A stretch of 28,635 nt of DNA, from positions 1 through 28,635 of the forward strand of contig CBFGJG010000025.1 of NCBI GenBank assembly GCA_965649055.1, read 5' to 3'. This DNA is from a candidate division WOR-3 bacterium. Its GTDB lineage: Bacteria; Hydrothermota; UBA3072; B12-G15. Both the position numbers and the translations under genes were made by a program. A model generated the notes under the pieces. That model was not told the origin of the DNA, made no database searches, and saw only the letters and a program-made list of their open reading frames with translations. Positions 1 through 7,452 of the stretch are shown piece by piece (the stretch's first letter is position 1; the number at the start of each line of letters is the position of its first letter).

Positions 1-105
1 TCCCGATCTTACGGGAGTTCGATTGCTACGCAATAAGCCGAGATGTGAGTATACGAACAATTCCCCTTCGTTGCAATCCCGATCTTACGGGAGTTCGATT
101 GCTAC
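1..105 (-). CRISPR. CRISPR array, leader-proximal end (truncated by the window edge): partial repeat 1-29, 40-bp spacer 30-69, full 36-bp repeat 70-105
   Basis: Identical repeat GTTGCAATCCCGATCTTACGGGAGTTCGATTGCTAC on the + strand. On the minus strand it reads GTAGCAATCGAACTCCCGTAAGATCGGGATTGCAAC, with a CCCG/CGGG hairpin followed by an 8-nt ATTGCAAC handle. It lies next to cas1/cas2 and an AT-rich leader. Confidence 0.93.
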
Positions 106-447
106 AGCACCCCTTGAAAGTTATTTAACACCAATAACTTATAAGGGCATTTCCGACACAGACCTAAAAATTATCCACATTTTATCCACATTTTTCATAA
201 CTCATTCATTTTGAACCACAACGACGACAAGTTTGAAATTTTTTCAATTTTCGCTATAAATTATTAATTTTAAGAAGGTTATAAGTCGAATGTGGGAAAA
301 ATGTGGAAAACTTTGGTCGTCGTTCGGAAAAATTATTACAAACTTGTACAATTTGTAATAATTTTAAAATTTACTTTCGATTCTACTATAATTGCTTCAA
401 TCAAATTTAAACTTTTTTCTTTTCAAAGAGCAATTTTAATTTTTATT
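106..447 (-). promoter_or_regulatory. CRISPR leader
   Basis: AT-rich non-coding stretch between the terminal repeat and a promoter pointing toward the array. The orientation agrees with the ATTGCAAC 3' repeat end. Confidence 0.8.
329..365. repeat. 37-bp near-perfect palindrome in the CRISPR leader
   Basis: AAAATTATTACAAA-C-TTGTACAA-TTTGTAATAATTTT; only the C at 343 breaks the symmetry. Confidence 0.85.
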
Positions 448-476
448 ATTATAAATGATTTTTAAAATTTTGTCAA
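448..476 (-). promoter_or_regulatory. sigma70-type promoter driving the leader/array
   Basis: Minus strand TTGACA (476-471), 17 bp, TATAAT (453-448): a perfect consensus. Confidence 0.85.
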
Positions 477-479
477 GTG

Positions 480-1295
480 TTATTTTAACATTTCTTCAAT
501 AATTTCACCCTTATGGGAAATTTTCATCCTGTAAATTACATTCTCATCTTTTTCAAGTTCAATAAGCCCGTAAAGATTCAATCTTTCGATTTCGTCTCTG
601 TTTTTATTCACAATTTCTCTACATTCTTCACCTGAAATTATTGTTTTTTGCTTCATCATCTTTAAAATATCCGCTTCCATCCCTTTAGGTATATAAAACA
701 TCTTTGGGAAGAAAATCACTTCGTTAAATTCTTCATTCATATAATAAACTTCTGAATCAACTATAAAACCAGCAAGGGCAGTTGCTATAACATGTGCTTT
801 CAGACCGCCAGTTGGGTTATAGAAAACCCTGTAACCCTGTTCTGTTTTCTTCTTACCAAGATAAATCAATCTGTCAAGTAGCAAAGAAATGTCTTTTTCA
901 AATTCTGTCTTTGCGTATTTTTCATTGAACATCTTTTCAAAAAAATATCCGGAAAATTCTCTACCATCATAAAGTCTATACCCGAGTTCTTTTAAATACT
1001 GTCCAATAACCAATCTACATAATTCATTTGAATGAGTGTTTGTCCCAAAAAGATACACTTCTATATTTTCAGGTTCTTTACCTTTTACTACCCTTAAAAA
1101 TGTATTCAACTCCGCAGAATTCTCGTATGGCGCTACTTTAAGAAAATCGAAAAGCCTATTTATTCCTTCTATATTATTTAATAATTCCTGCCAGTAATTT
1201 TCATCTGATATTTTTCTGTCTTTCGGTAATTCACCCTTTCTCTGTGCATTTGTTATCAGACTTACTCCACTGCTTATGATATGAAACTCTTTCAT
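480..1295 (-). CDS. CRISPR-associated APE2256-family CARF protein with C-terminal wHTH-like region; probable Crn1-type cyclic oligoadenylate ring nuclease
   Basis: N-terminal 'IISSGVSL', 'SAELN', 'NPTGGLK' and 'YYMNE' motifs typical of the Cas_APE2256/SSO1393-like family; AGGAGGAGG RBS; directly downstream of cas2. Confidence 0.8.
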   Translation of the reverse strand: MKEFHIISSGVSLITNAQRKGELPKDRKISDENYWQELLNNIEGINRLFDFLKVAPYENSAELNTFLRVVKGKEPENIEVYLFGTNTHSNELCRLVIGQYLKELGYRLYDGREFSGYFFEKMFNEKYAKTEFEKDISLLLDRLIYLGKKKTEQGYRVFYNPTGGLKAHVIATALAGFIVDSEVYYMNEEFNEVIFFPKMFYIPKGMEADILKMMKQKTIISGEECREIVNKNRDEIERLNLYGLIELEKDENVIYRMKISHKGEIIEEMLK

Positions 1296-1310
1296 ATATC
1301 CTCCTCCTAT

Positions 1311-1583
1311 TTAAATTACATAAGTTTCATCATATTCAACCGGTTTACCTTCTCCTATTATCTCTACTTTACTATCTTTGTCAAGAAAATAAATCCTGAT
1401 ACTATCGGTTTTTATATCTATTTTCCTTTTCAGTTTCTCTATCATTATTTTAATCTGTTCATCGGTTAAAACACATTCAAATACACTGTATTGAACTCTT
1501 TCACCCCAGCTTTTCATATCTTTAAATATTCTGTTCCTTCTTTTATCATCAGTTATATCGTATGCAACAACTATTTTTTTCAT
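1311..1583 (-). CDS. cas2: CRISPR-associated endoribonuclease Cas2
   Basis: 'VVAYDITDDKRR', 'RVQYSVFEC' and 'DSIRIY' motifs; 90 aa; overlaps the cas1 stop. Confidence 0.97.
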   Translation of the reverse strand: MKKIVVAYDITDDKRRNRIFKDMKSWGERVQYSVFECVLTDEQIKIMIEKLKRKIDIKTDSIRIYFLDKDSKVEIIGEGKPVEYDETYVI

Positions 1584-2536
1584 TCAACTTTATAAGCAGT
1601 GAATTGGCTTCTGTTTAAAATAGCATTTGCAAGTTCATTTGAATAATCAGAAATTATCTTTCTGTAATGGGAAATTCTGTTATCGTAGTATGTAAAAAAC
1701 TTCCTTTTCCCATTTCTATTCAATATAATTCTTTCTTCGTTTTCATCTTTTTCAAAATCTTCTTCAATATTTATAATATTTCTCGAAATCATCTCTACAA
1801 CCCCTGTATCAACAACAGGTGCTCTAAGGAATTCCATAAAATCAAGTGCAAGTGCTGGTCTTGAAGGCCTAATAATGTGATAATATCCAATATAAGGGTC
1901 AAGTCCTGCAATTCTTAAATGTGTTATGCATTCAGATAGTAAAACTGCATATCCATAACTCAGTAAGGCATTAACAGGATCAACAGGTGGATGCTTCTTT
2001 CTTATAAAATTTTCCCTGTTTATAACTTTACCAAAAACTTCAAAATATATTGCACTCCCAACGCCTTCTAATCCCATTAATCCGTTCTTCCCATTTTTAT
2101 ATTTTACAGAATCTAAAAGGCTGTCAAATCTTTCTATCCCGGTGGAACATTCCATATCCCTTCTTGAAATCCACCTTTTCAAAATACTTCTCTGATTCCA
2201 TAACTTTGCATATACAATGCTTTTACAAATATTCAGGACAAACTCCGGTTCGTCAAGTGTTGAATATTGTTCTATTCTTCTTTTTATGTTTTTTGAGAGT
2301 AATGGCTCAACAATCCCTTTTAACCTTCCTTCTATTGAAAGAAATGCTATTGGAATACCTAATTCTAAAAACAATGATAAAGCCTGGGTTGTTATCTGAA
2401 CATTACCAATTATGATAACCCTTTCTATTTTGTTATATGGTATTTCAAATATCTCTAAACCATCCTTTTCAACTACAACCCTTCCTTCTATTTTTCTTAC
2501 CTTTGAACCCTGCTCGGTTAAATATAATGAACTCAT
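1580..2536 (-). CDS. cas1: CRISPR-associated endonuclease Cas1 (unfused)
   Basis: 'LYLTEQGS', 'LMGLEG', 'PPVDPVNALLSYGY', 'GLDPYIGYYH' and 'LALDFMEFLR' motifs; 318 aa. Confidence 0.97.
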   Translation of the reverse strand: MSSLYLTEQGSKVRKIEGRVVVEKDGLEIFEIPYNKIERVIIIGNVQITTQALSLFLELGIPIAFLSIEGRLKGIVEPLLSKNIKRRIEQYSTLDEPEFVLNICKSIVYAKLWNQRSILKRWISRRDMECSTGIERFDSLLDSVKYKNGKNGLMGLEGVGSAIYFEVFGKVINRENFIRKKHPPVDPVNALLSYGYAVLLSECITHLRIAGLDPYIGYYHIIRPSRPALALDFMEFLRAPVVDTGVVEMISRNIINIEEDFEKDENEERIILNRNGKRKFFTYYDNRISHYRKIISDYSNELANAILNRSQFTAYKVE

Positions 2537-3025
2537 TTAAGTAAGACTGTTTATTAGATATTGAAGTGATAAAACTCCAAAAACCAATGTTCCCAATCCT
2601 GCAAATGGATGTTTAATCCCCATTTTGTCATAAAAATGTTCTTTTAGAATATGATAAACCCTGAAATGGTAACCCAATATACCAAATATAAGAATTATAT
2701 TTATAAAGGAAAGATAAGGAATGAATCCTAATATTTCGAAAAATAAAAGTAAAATTAATCCACGCTTATTCACTTTATACTTTGATTTTAAAAGATTCAG
2801 ACCAGGCCTTTGCATAAAAAACCAGACATACCAGAAGAAACCGAATGTTATTATAATCAGAATGAAAAGAACAAATACATTCATTTTCACAAGGCCAAAT
2901 GATAATGTCGACATATTATCCCGCTTCTCCATAAATATAAATTCATTACTTTTTAATGGATATCCGCAAGTTGAACAGAATTTAAAAAAATCAAGGTTTT
3001 CTCTTCCACATTTTGGGCATAACAT
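2537..3025 (-). CDS. Zinc-ribbon plus DUF4234-like membrane protein
   Basis: N-terminal CPKC...CSTC ribbon, a DUF4234-like 'IITFGFFWYVWF' segment and about 4 hydrophobic helices. The ATG at 3025 is preferred over the GTG at 3034. The stop directly abuts the cas1 ATG. Confidence 0.7.
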   Translation of the reverse strand: MLCPKCGRENLDFFKFCSTCGYPLKSNEFIFMEKRDNMSTLSFGLVKMNVFVLFILIIITFGFFWYVWFFMQRPGLNLLKSKYKVNKRGLILLLFFEILGFIPYLSFINIILIFGILGYHFRVYHILKEHFYDKMGIKHPFAGLGTLVFGVLSLQYLINSLT

Positions 3026-3027
3026 TT

Positions 3028-3564
3028 TTACCACCTTTTTATTACAACTGTGTTTGCTATATAGTCATGGGAAGTTTGATTTTTCTGTGTAAATCCTGCC
3101 ATTAAATATCCAAAGATTGTTATAAAACTGATAAATCTACTTAAATATCTTATAGTTGCTTTTTTGCGTGTAATCCTTTTTCCATCAACTTCTTGAACCC
3201 TTAATCTGAAAATTCTTTTACCTAATGTTGATTGCTTCTCGGAACTTTCAAGCAGAACAAAATATAAAAATCTGAAAATAAAGGTTAAATAAATTGTTTG
3301 ATGGAATAAATAAGAAAACTCAGTTTCATAGTCAGTGAAGGGGCAAGTCGGGTCTAACTCAATTATAGCAAATCTTATAAAAAAATAGATTGTTGCAAAT
3401 ATTAAAACTATTATGTTATCAATCAAATATGCTAAAAATCTTATCCAGAAACCAGCGTATTTGATTGTAAAAACCTGCTTTGAACCACATAAATAGCAAA
3501 ATTTGGAAATTTCAGGGATTTTCGCACCACAGTTATTGCAGAATTTAAAGCCATCTTCAACCAT
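3028..3564 (-). CDS. Zinc-ribbon plus RDD-family membrane protein
   Basis: CNNC...CYLC ribbon; RDD signatures 'YAGFWIRFLAYLID', 'QSTLGKRIF' and 'HDYIANTVV'; AAGGAGG RBS. Confidence 0.9.
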   Translation of the reverse strand: MVEDGFKFCNNCGAKIPEISKFCYLCGSKQVFTIKYAGFWIRFLAYLIDNIIVLIFATIYFFIRFAIIELDPTCPFTDYETEFSYLFHQTIYLTFIFRFLYFVLLESSEKQSTLGKRIFRLRVQEVDGKRITRKKATIRYLSRFISFITIFGYLMAGFTQKNQTSHDYIANTVVIKRW

Positions 3565-3581
3565 AAATCCTCCTTTTATTC

Positions 3582-3610
3582 AATATAAATAAACTATTAT
3601 GTATCAGCAA
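3582..3610 (-). promoter_or_regulatory. Possible promoter for the RDD-cas operon
   Basis: Minus strand TTGCTG, 17 bp, TATATT just upstream of the RBS. The match is weak and the context is AT-rich. Confidence 0.3.
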
Positions 3611-3627
3611 GGGCAGAACTACCTAAT

Positions 3628-3651
3628 GGTGTCAGGTCTTGACATTTGACA
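3628..3651. repeat. REP-like element of the type seen beside RAYT/IS200-like transposases
   Basis: GGTGTCAGGTCTTGACATTTGACA, with an internal TGTCA/TGACA inverted repeat. It resembles the GGGGTCAGGTCTTGAC-type motif from memory; single copy in the window. Confidence 0.45.
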
Positions 3652-3664
3652 TTTTTTATGTTTT

Positions 3665-3707
3665 ACAGGATGGCTGAGAATATAACTAATATTCCCAGCC
3701 ACCCTGT
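3665..3707 (-). other. 19-bp stem, 5-nt loop RNA hairpin directly after the orphan gene stop
   Basis: Arms 3665-3683 and 3689-3707. The two DNA mismatches become G:U pairs only in the minus-strand RNA. No U-tract follows. Confidence 0.75.
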
Positions 3708-3715
3708 CTATTCTC

Positions 3716-4165
3716 TTATCGAATACCTAATATCTTCCATATATTTATCTTCTTTCTATATCTTTTGTCCGATGGTATTGGCCTTGATATCCTGATCTTT
3801 ACCACCGATGTCATATTACCATTACTAAATAAATGGTCTATCTCTTTTATTATATCCTGAACATCACAACAAAAATGAAACATTTCCTGCCTAACATACA
3901 ACCCCTTTATCTTCTCTACCTTCACCTTCGCCCTATCACCATAATAGCTCTCAAACAAACGCTCAAAATTAAAATATGAATTATCTATCTTTAATTCCCT
4001 GTATATCTCTTCTAAACCAAACAATGTATAATATGCCTGCTCATACAAATCCATCATATCTATCAAATTTATGCTAACTTCCGGATGTAACCACTCACTT
4101 ATCTTATTCACCTTCCAAAAAGGATATGTATCATTAACATCATCATTATTTCTCTTAAAAAACAT
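3716..4165 (-). CDS. Hypothetical protein (orphan A, 149 aa)
   Basis: ORF with a strong GAAAGGAGGTGA RBS before the ATG at 4165 (start revised from 4213); no recognised family. Confidence 0.75.
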   Translation of the reverse strand: MFFKRNNDDVNDTYPFWKVNKISEWLHPEVSINLIDMMDLYEQAYYTLFGLEEIYRELKIDNSYFNFERLFESYYGDRAKVKVEKIKGLYVRQEMFHFCCDVQDIIKEIDHLFSNGNMTSVVKIRISRPIPSDKRYRKKINIWKILGIR

Positions 4166-4205
4166 ATCACCTCCTTTCGGGGTTTTACCCCATTTTTTTA
4201 TTTTT

Positions 4206-4517
4206 TTATGCATCTGATTTTATAAGCTCTGGTATATCTATCTCTATCACCATAGGCTGATTACCTTCCCTAAGTGCTTCTTCTACCTTCTCGGTTATTC
4301 GTGAAATGAATTTACGAAATGTGTAAATATTACGCATATTCGCTATTCTGTTGAATCTATTTTTACCTCTTATTTCAGGATGTTTAGCCGTTATCTTATA
4401 TGCCTCTTCAAAAACCTTATCTAACTCTGAATGCATCTCCTTCATTTCCAGAAGAAAATCAAAGGCTTCATTGATGGGTATCTTTAATTTCTGTGATTTC
4501 TTAAAATTATAAATAAT
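4206..4517 (-). CDS. Hypothetical protein (orphan B, about 102-103 aa if initiated at AUU; 79 aa from the ATG at 4445)
   Basis: The frame is open up to 4529. The GAAAGGAGGTA RBS at 4531-4521 is followed by in-frame ATT codons at 4517 and 4514. The C-terminus resembles that of orphan A. Confidence 0.6.
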   Translation of the reverse strand: MIYNFKKSQKLKIPINEAFDFLLEMKEMHSELDKVFEEAYKITAKHPEIRGKNRFNRIANMRNIYTFRKFISRITEKVEEALREGNQPMVIEIDIPELIKSDA

Positions 4518-4528
4518 AAATACCTCCT

Positions 4529-4564
4529 TTCAGGGCTTTTAAACCCTTCAGGGTTTTAAACCCT
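4529..4564. repeat. Tandem duplicated small hairpin upstream of the orphan B RBS
   Basis: TTCAGGGCTTTTAAACCC (4529-4546) followed by TTCAGGGTTTTAAACCC (4547-4563). Confidence 0.8.
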
Positions 4565-4861
4565 AATTAAAATATTTTAAAAAATATTTTAAGGATATAT
4601 TTATCACATCTTGAGTCTTTTGATTAGCAGAAATGGTAATATAATATATAAATATTCTTAAATTCCGCAAGGGTATTTTTACCTATAAAATCGAAAATAG
4701 TAATTATGATAATAAGGACTTTCCAAAGAATTCACCATAATTATTAAAGAAGATAAAAATTTTTCTAATGATTTGCTTCAGGGTTATACCAGACATTCAC
4801 ATTCTTTTTAAATCAAAAATTTTTTTATGAATAACTTTTCCAATTCATATATATTATATTC

Positions 4862-4889
4862 TTGACAATTTTTTATTTTTTTTTACATT
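4862..4889 (+). promoter_or_regulatory. sigma70 promoter for alaS (leaderless start)
   Basis: TTGACA (4862-4867), 16 bp, TACATT (4884-4889), 7 nt, ATG at 4897; no SD. Confidence 0.65.
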
Positions 4890-4896
4890 TCTTTTT

Positions 4897-7452
4897 ATGT
4901 ATACAGCACAAAATTTGAGAAATTTGTTTATAAATTTTTTCAAGGAAAAAGACCATATAGTTTACCCTTCTTCTTCTTTGATACCTGAAAGAGACCCTAC
5001 ACTTCTTTTTACTTCAGCTGGAATGGTCCAGTTTAAACCATTCTGGTCAGGTGAAAAAGAGCCGGAATCAGGAAGGGCTACAAGCATCCAGAAATGTTTA
5101 AGGCTTAGTGATATAGATAGTGTTGGAGAGACACCCAAACATGATACATTTTTTGAAATGCTCGGGAATTTTTCTTTCGGTGATTATTTTAAAAAGGAAG
5201 CAATACAATTTGCTTACGAATTTCTTTTTGAAATCCTTAAAATAGATATAGAAAAAGTTGTAATAACAGTGCATCCTGACGATGAAGAAAGTTATAAAAT
5301 ATGGAAGGATATGGGTATTAAAGAAGAAAAGATTTTTAAGTTAAAAGATAACTTCTGGGGTCCAGCAGGAGGAAGCGGCCCTTGTGGTCCCTGCACTGAG
5401 ATACACTATGACCTTGGAGAAGAACTTGGTAATTGTAGTGTAACGGATGAAAACTGTGATAGATTTATCGAACTATGGAACCTTGTTTTTCCACAGTTCA
5501 ATTTCCAGAATAATGAATATCTTCCATTGAAAAATAAAGGTGTTGATACAGGTATGGGGCTTGAAAGACTTGCAATGGTAATGCAGCGAAAGACCAATAT
5601 ATTCCAGACAGACCTTTTTATGCCAATAATAAAAAAGATTCAGGAAATAACCGGAAAGAGTTATGAGGAAAATAAAAAAGAATTTAACATTATAGCAGAC
5701 CACACAAGGGCTTTAACATTTGCAATTTCTGATGGTGCATATCCTTCCAATGAAGGAAGAGGATATGTATTAAGAAGGATTTTAAGGAGAGCGGTAATAA
5801 ATCTTCATAAAATTGGTATTGATGAACCTACATTATATAAGTTAGTCCCAGAAATAGTCAAAATGATGAAAGAACAATATCCAGAGCTTGAAACAAATAT
5901 CAATAAAGTATCGCTAATTATAAAATCAGAAGAAGAAAGATTCCTACAAACACTTGAAAGAGGTTTGAACCTTATAGATGAGTTCACAAATGAATCAAGA
6001 GACAATACAATCTCCGGTGATAAACTTTTCGTTTTATATGACACCTATGGATTTCCACCTGACCTTGTTAAGTTAATCACCAAGGATAAAGAAATCAAGA
6101 TAGATTTTGATGGTTTTGAAAAAGAAATGGAAAAGCAAAGGGAAAAATCAAGAAAATTCTCAACATTTAAGACTCAAGAAAAAGGTGAATGGATAAACTT
6201 AAAAGATGAATCTTCAGAATTTACAGGTTATGAAACTTTTGAAGAAGAAACAGAAATAATTTCTTATAGATACATAAATGACAAAATACAGGTTATATTA
6301 AGAAAAACTCCATTTTATGCTGAAAGTGGCGGACAGATTGGTGATACCGGGATAATCGAAGGAGAAGGTTTTAAAATAATAATTGAAGATACCCAAAAAG
6401 ATGAAAAAGGGAATATACACATAGGTAGATTAGAGGGTGAATTAAAATCATCAGAAGTATATGCTTATGTTGATAAGAAGAGAAGAAGAAATATAATGAA
6501 AAATCATACTTCTACACATATACTTCATAAGGCGTTAAAAATCGTCCTTGGAGAACATATAAAACAGGAGGGTTCCCTTGTTTCATACGACAGGTTGAGA
6601 TTCGATTTCTCTCATCCATCACCACTTAAATCAGATGAGATAAAAAAGATTGAAGATACTGCAAATGAAATAATTCTTGATTGTAGAGAAGTTAAAACAA
6701 GGATGATGCCATTTGATGATGCCCTAAAAGAAGGTGCTGTCGCAATATTCGGTGAAAAATATGGTGATACAGTGAGACTCGTTGAAATTGAAAATTTTTC
6801 TAAAGAATTATGCGGTGGAACCCATGTAAAGAATACATCTGAAATACTTGGTTTCAAGATTATTACTGAAAAAGGTATTGCTGCAGGAATCAGAAGAATA
6901 GAAGCTATAACAGGAGAATGGTTTATAAATTCATATTTTGACAAGAATTCAAAAATTTCTCTTATAGCTGAATTGTTAAAAACAAAAGAAGAAAATCTAA
7001 TAAAAAGGATTAATGACCTGATAAAAGAAAATGAAGAAATGAATAAAAAAATAAGGGATTTTGAAAAGTTATTGATTGAAATAGAATATAAAAAATTTAT
7101 TGAAAGACAGAAAAACTTTGAAAACCTGAAATTTACCGTAGATGAAGTAAATCTTTCAAAGGACGGAATGAGAAAACTTGCTTCGAAATTAACTGAGAAA
7201 AATGATAATTTATTCGGTATAATATTCAAAAAAGAAAATGGAAATGTTTTTGCAGTTAGTTTTTCAGGAAAAGAGGCTTCAAAAAAAATAAAGGCAAATG
7301 AAATAATAATGATAATTTCAAGGTTCATATCCGGCGGAGGCGGTGGTAAAGAAAATATTGCAGAGGGTGGCGGTAAGAATCTGGAAGGTATAAAGATTGT
7401 TATGGAGAGATTCGATGGAATTCTGCAGGAATACCTTAAAGGTAAAAAGTGA
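4897..7452 (+). CDS. alaS: Alanine--tRNA ligase
   Basis: 'DPTLLFTSAGMVQFK', 'FFEMLGNFSFGDYFK', 'DTGMGLER', editing-domain 'HTSTH' and 'CGGTH', and C-terminal 'GGGGG'. Confidence 0.99.
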   Translation: MYTAQNLRNLFINFFKEKDHIVYPSSSLIPERDPTLLFTSAGMVQFKPFWSGEKEPESGRATSIQKCLRLSDIDSVGETPKHDTFFEMLGNFSFGDYFKKEAIQFAYEFLFEILKIDIEKVVITVHPDDEESYKIWKDMGIKEEKIFKLKDNFWGPAGGSGPCGPCTEIHYDLGEELGNCSVTDENCDRFIELWNLVFPQFNFQNNEYLPLKNKGVDTGMGLERLAMVMQRKTNIFQTDLFMPIIKKIQEITGKSYEENKKEFNIIADHTRALTFAISDGAYPSNEGRGYVLRRILRRAVINLHKIGIDEPTLYKLVPEIVKMMKEQYPELETNINKVSLIIKSEEERFLQTLERGLNLIDEFTNESRDNTISGDKLFVLYDTYGFPPDLVKLITKDKEIKIDFDGFEKEMEKQREKSRKFSTFKTQEKGEWINLKDESSEFTGYETFEEETEIISYRYINDKIQVILRKTPFYAESGGQIGDTGIIEGEGFKIIIEDTQKDEKGNIHIGRLEGELKSSEVYAYVDKKRRRNIMKNHTSTHILHKALKIVLGEHIKQEGSLVSYDRLRFDFSHPSPLKSDEIKKIEDTANEIILDCREVKTRMMPFDDALKEGAVAIFGEKYGDTVRLVEIENFSKELCGGTHVKNTSEILGFKIITEKGIAAGIRRIEAITGEWFINSYFDKNSKISLIAELLKTKEENLIKRINDLIKENEEMNKKIRDFEKLLIEIEYKKFIERQKNFENLKFTVDEVNLSKDGMRKLASKLTEKNDNLFGIIFKKENGNVFAVSFSGKEASKKIKANEIIMIISRFISGGGGGKENIAEGGGKNLEGIKIVMERFDGILQEYLKGKK

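Noticed and set aside
50..69. Partial match (17/20) of the spacer to the frdA-like gene at about 22151-22170, suggesting self-targeting
   Set aside because: Only half the spacer aligns, a rough estimate puts such a match near chance level for a window this size, and the crRNA would be the same sense as the mRNA.
23..214. 63-aa ORF on the + strand
   Set aside because: It runs through the CRISPR repeat, spacer and leader, and has no recognisable motif.
1580..2536. Possible RT-Cas1 or Cas4-Cas1 fusion
   Set aside because: The 318-aa protein is fully accounted for by the Cas1 domain.
4567..4592. TTAAAATATTTTAA palindromes
   Set aside because: Pure A/T low-complexity sequence, expected by chance in this AT-rich intergenic DNA.
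3565..4896. Possible degenerate CRISPR repeats (CreTA-like mini-array) or tracrRNA near the cas genes
   Set aside because: By eye I found no convincing similarity to the 36-bp repeat or its ATTGCAAC handle.
6612..7328. 238-aa antisense ORF inside alaS, and similar antisense ORFs in gmhA, prs, rplY and yicC
   Set aside because: Ser/Phe/Ile-rich shadows of Lys/Glu-rich sense genes, with no motifs.
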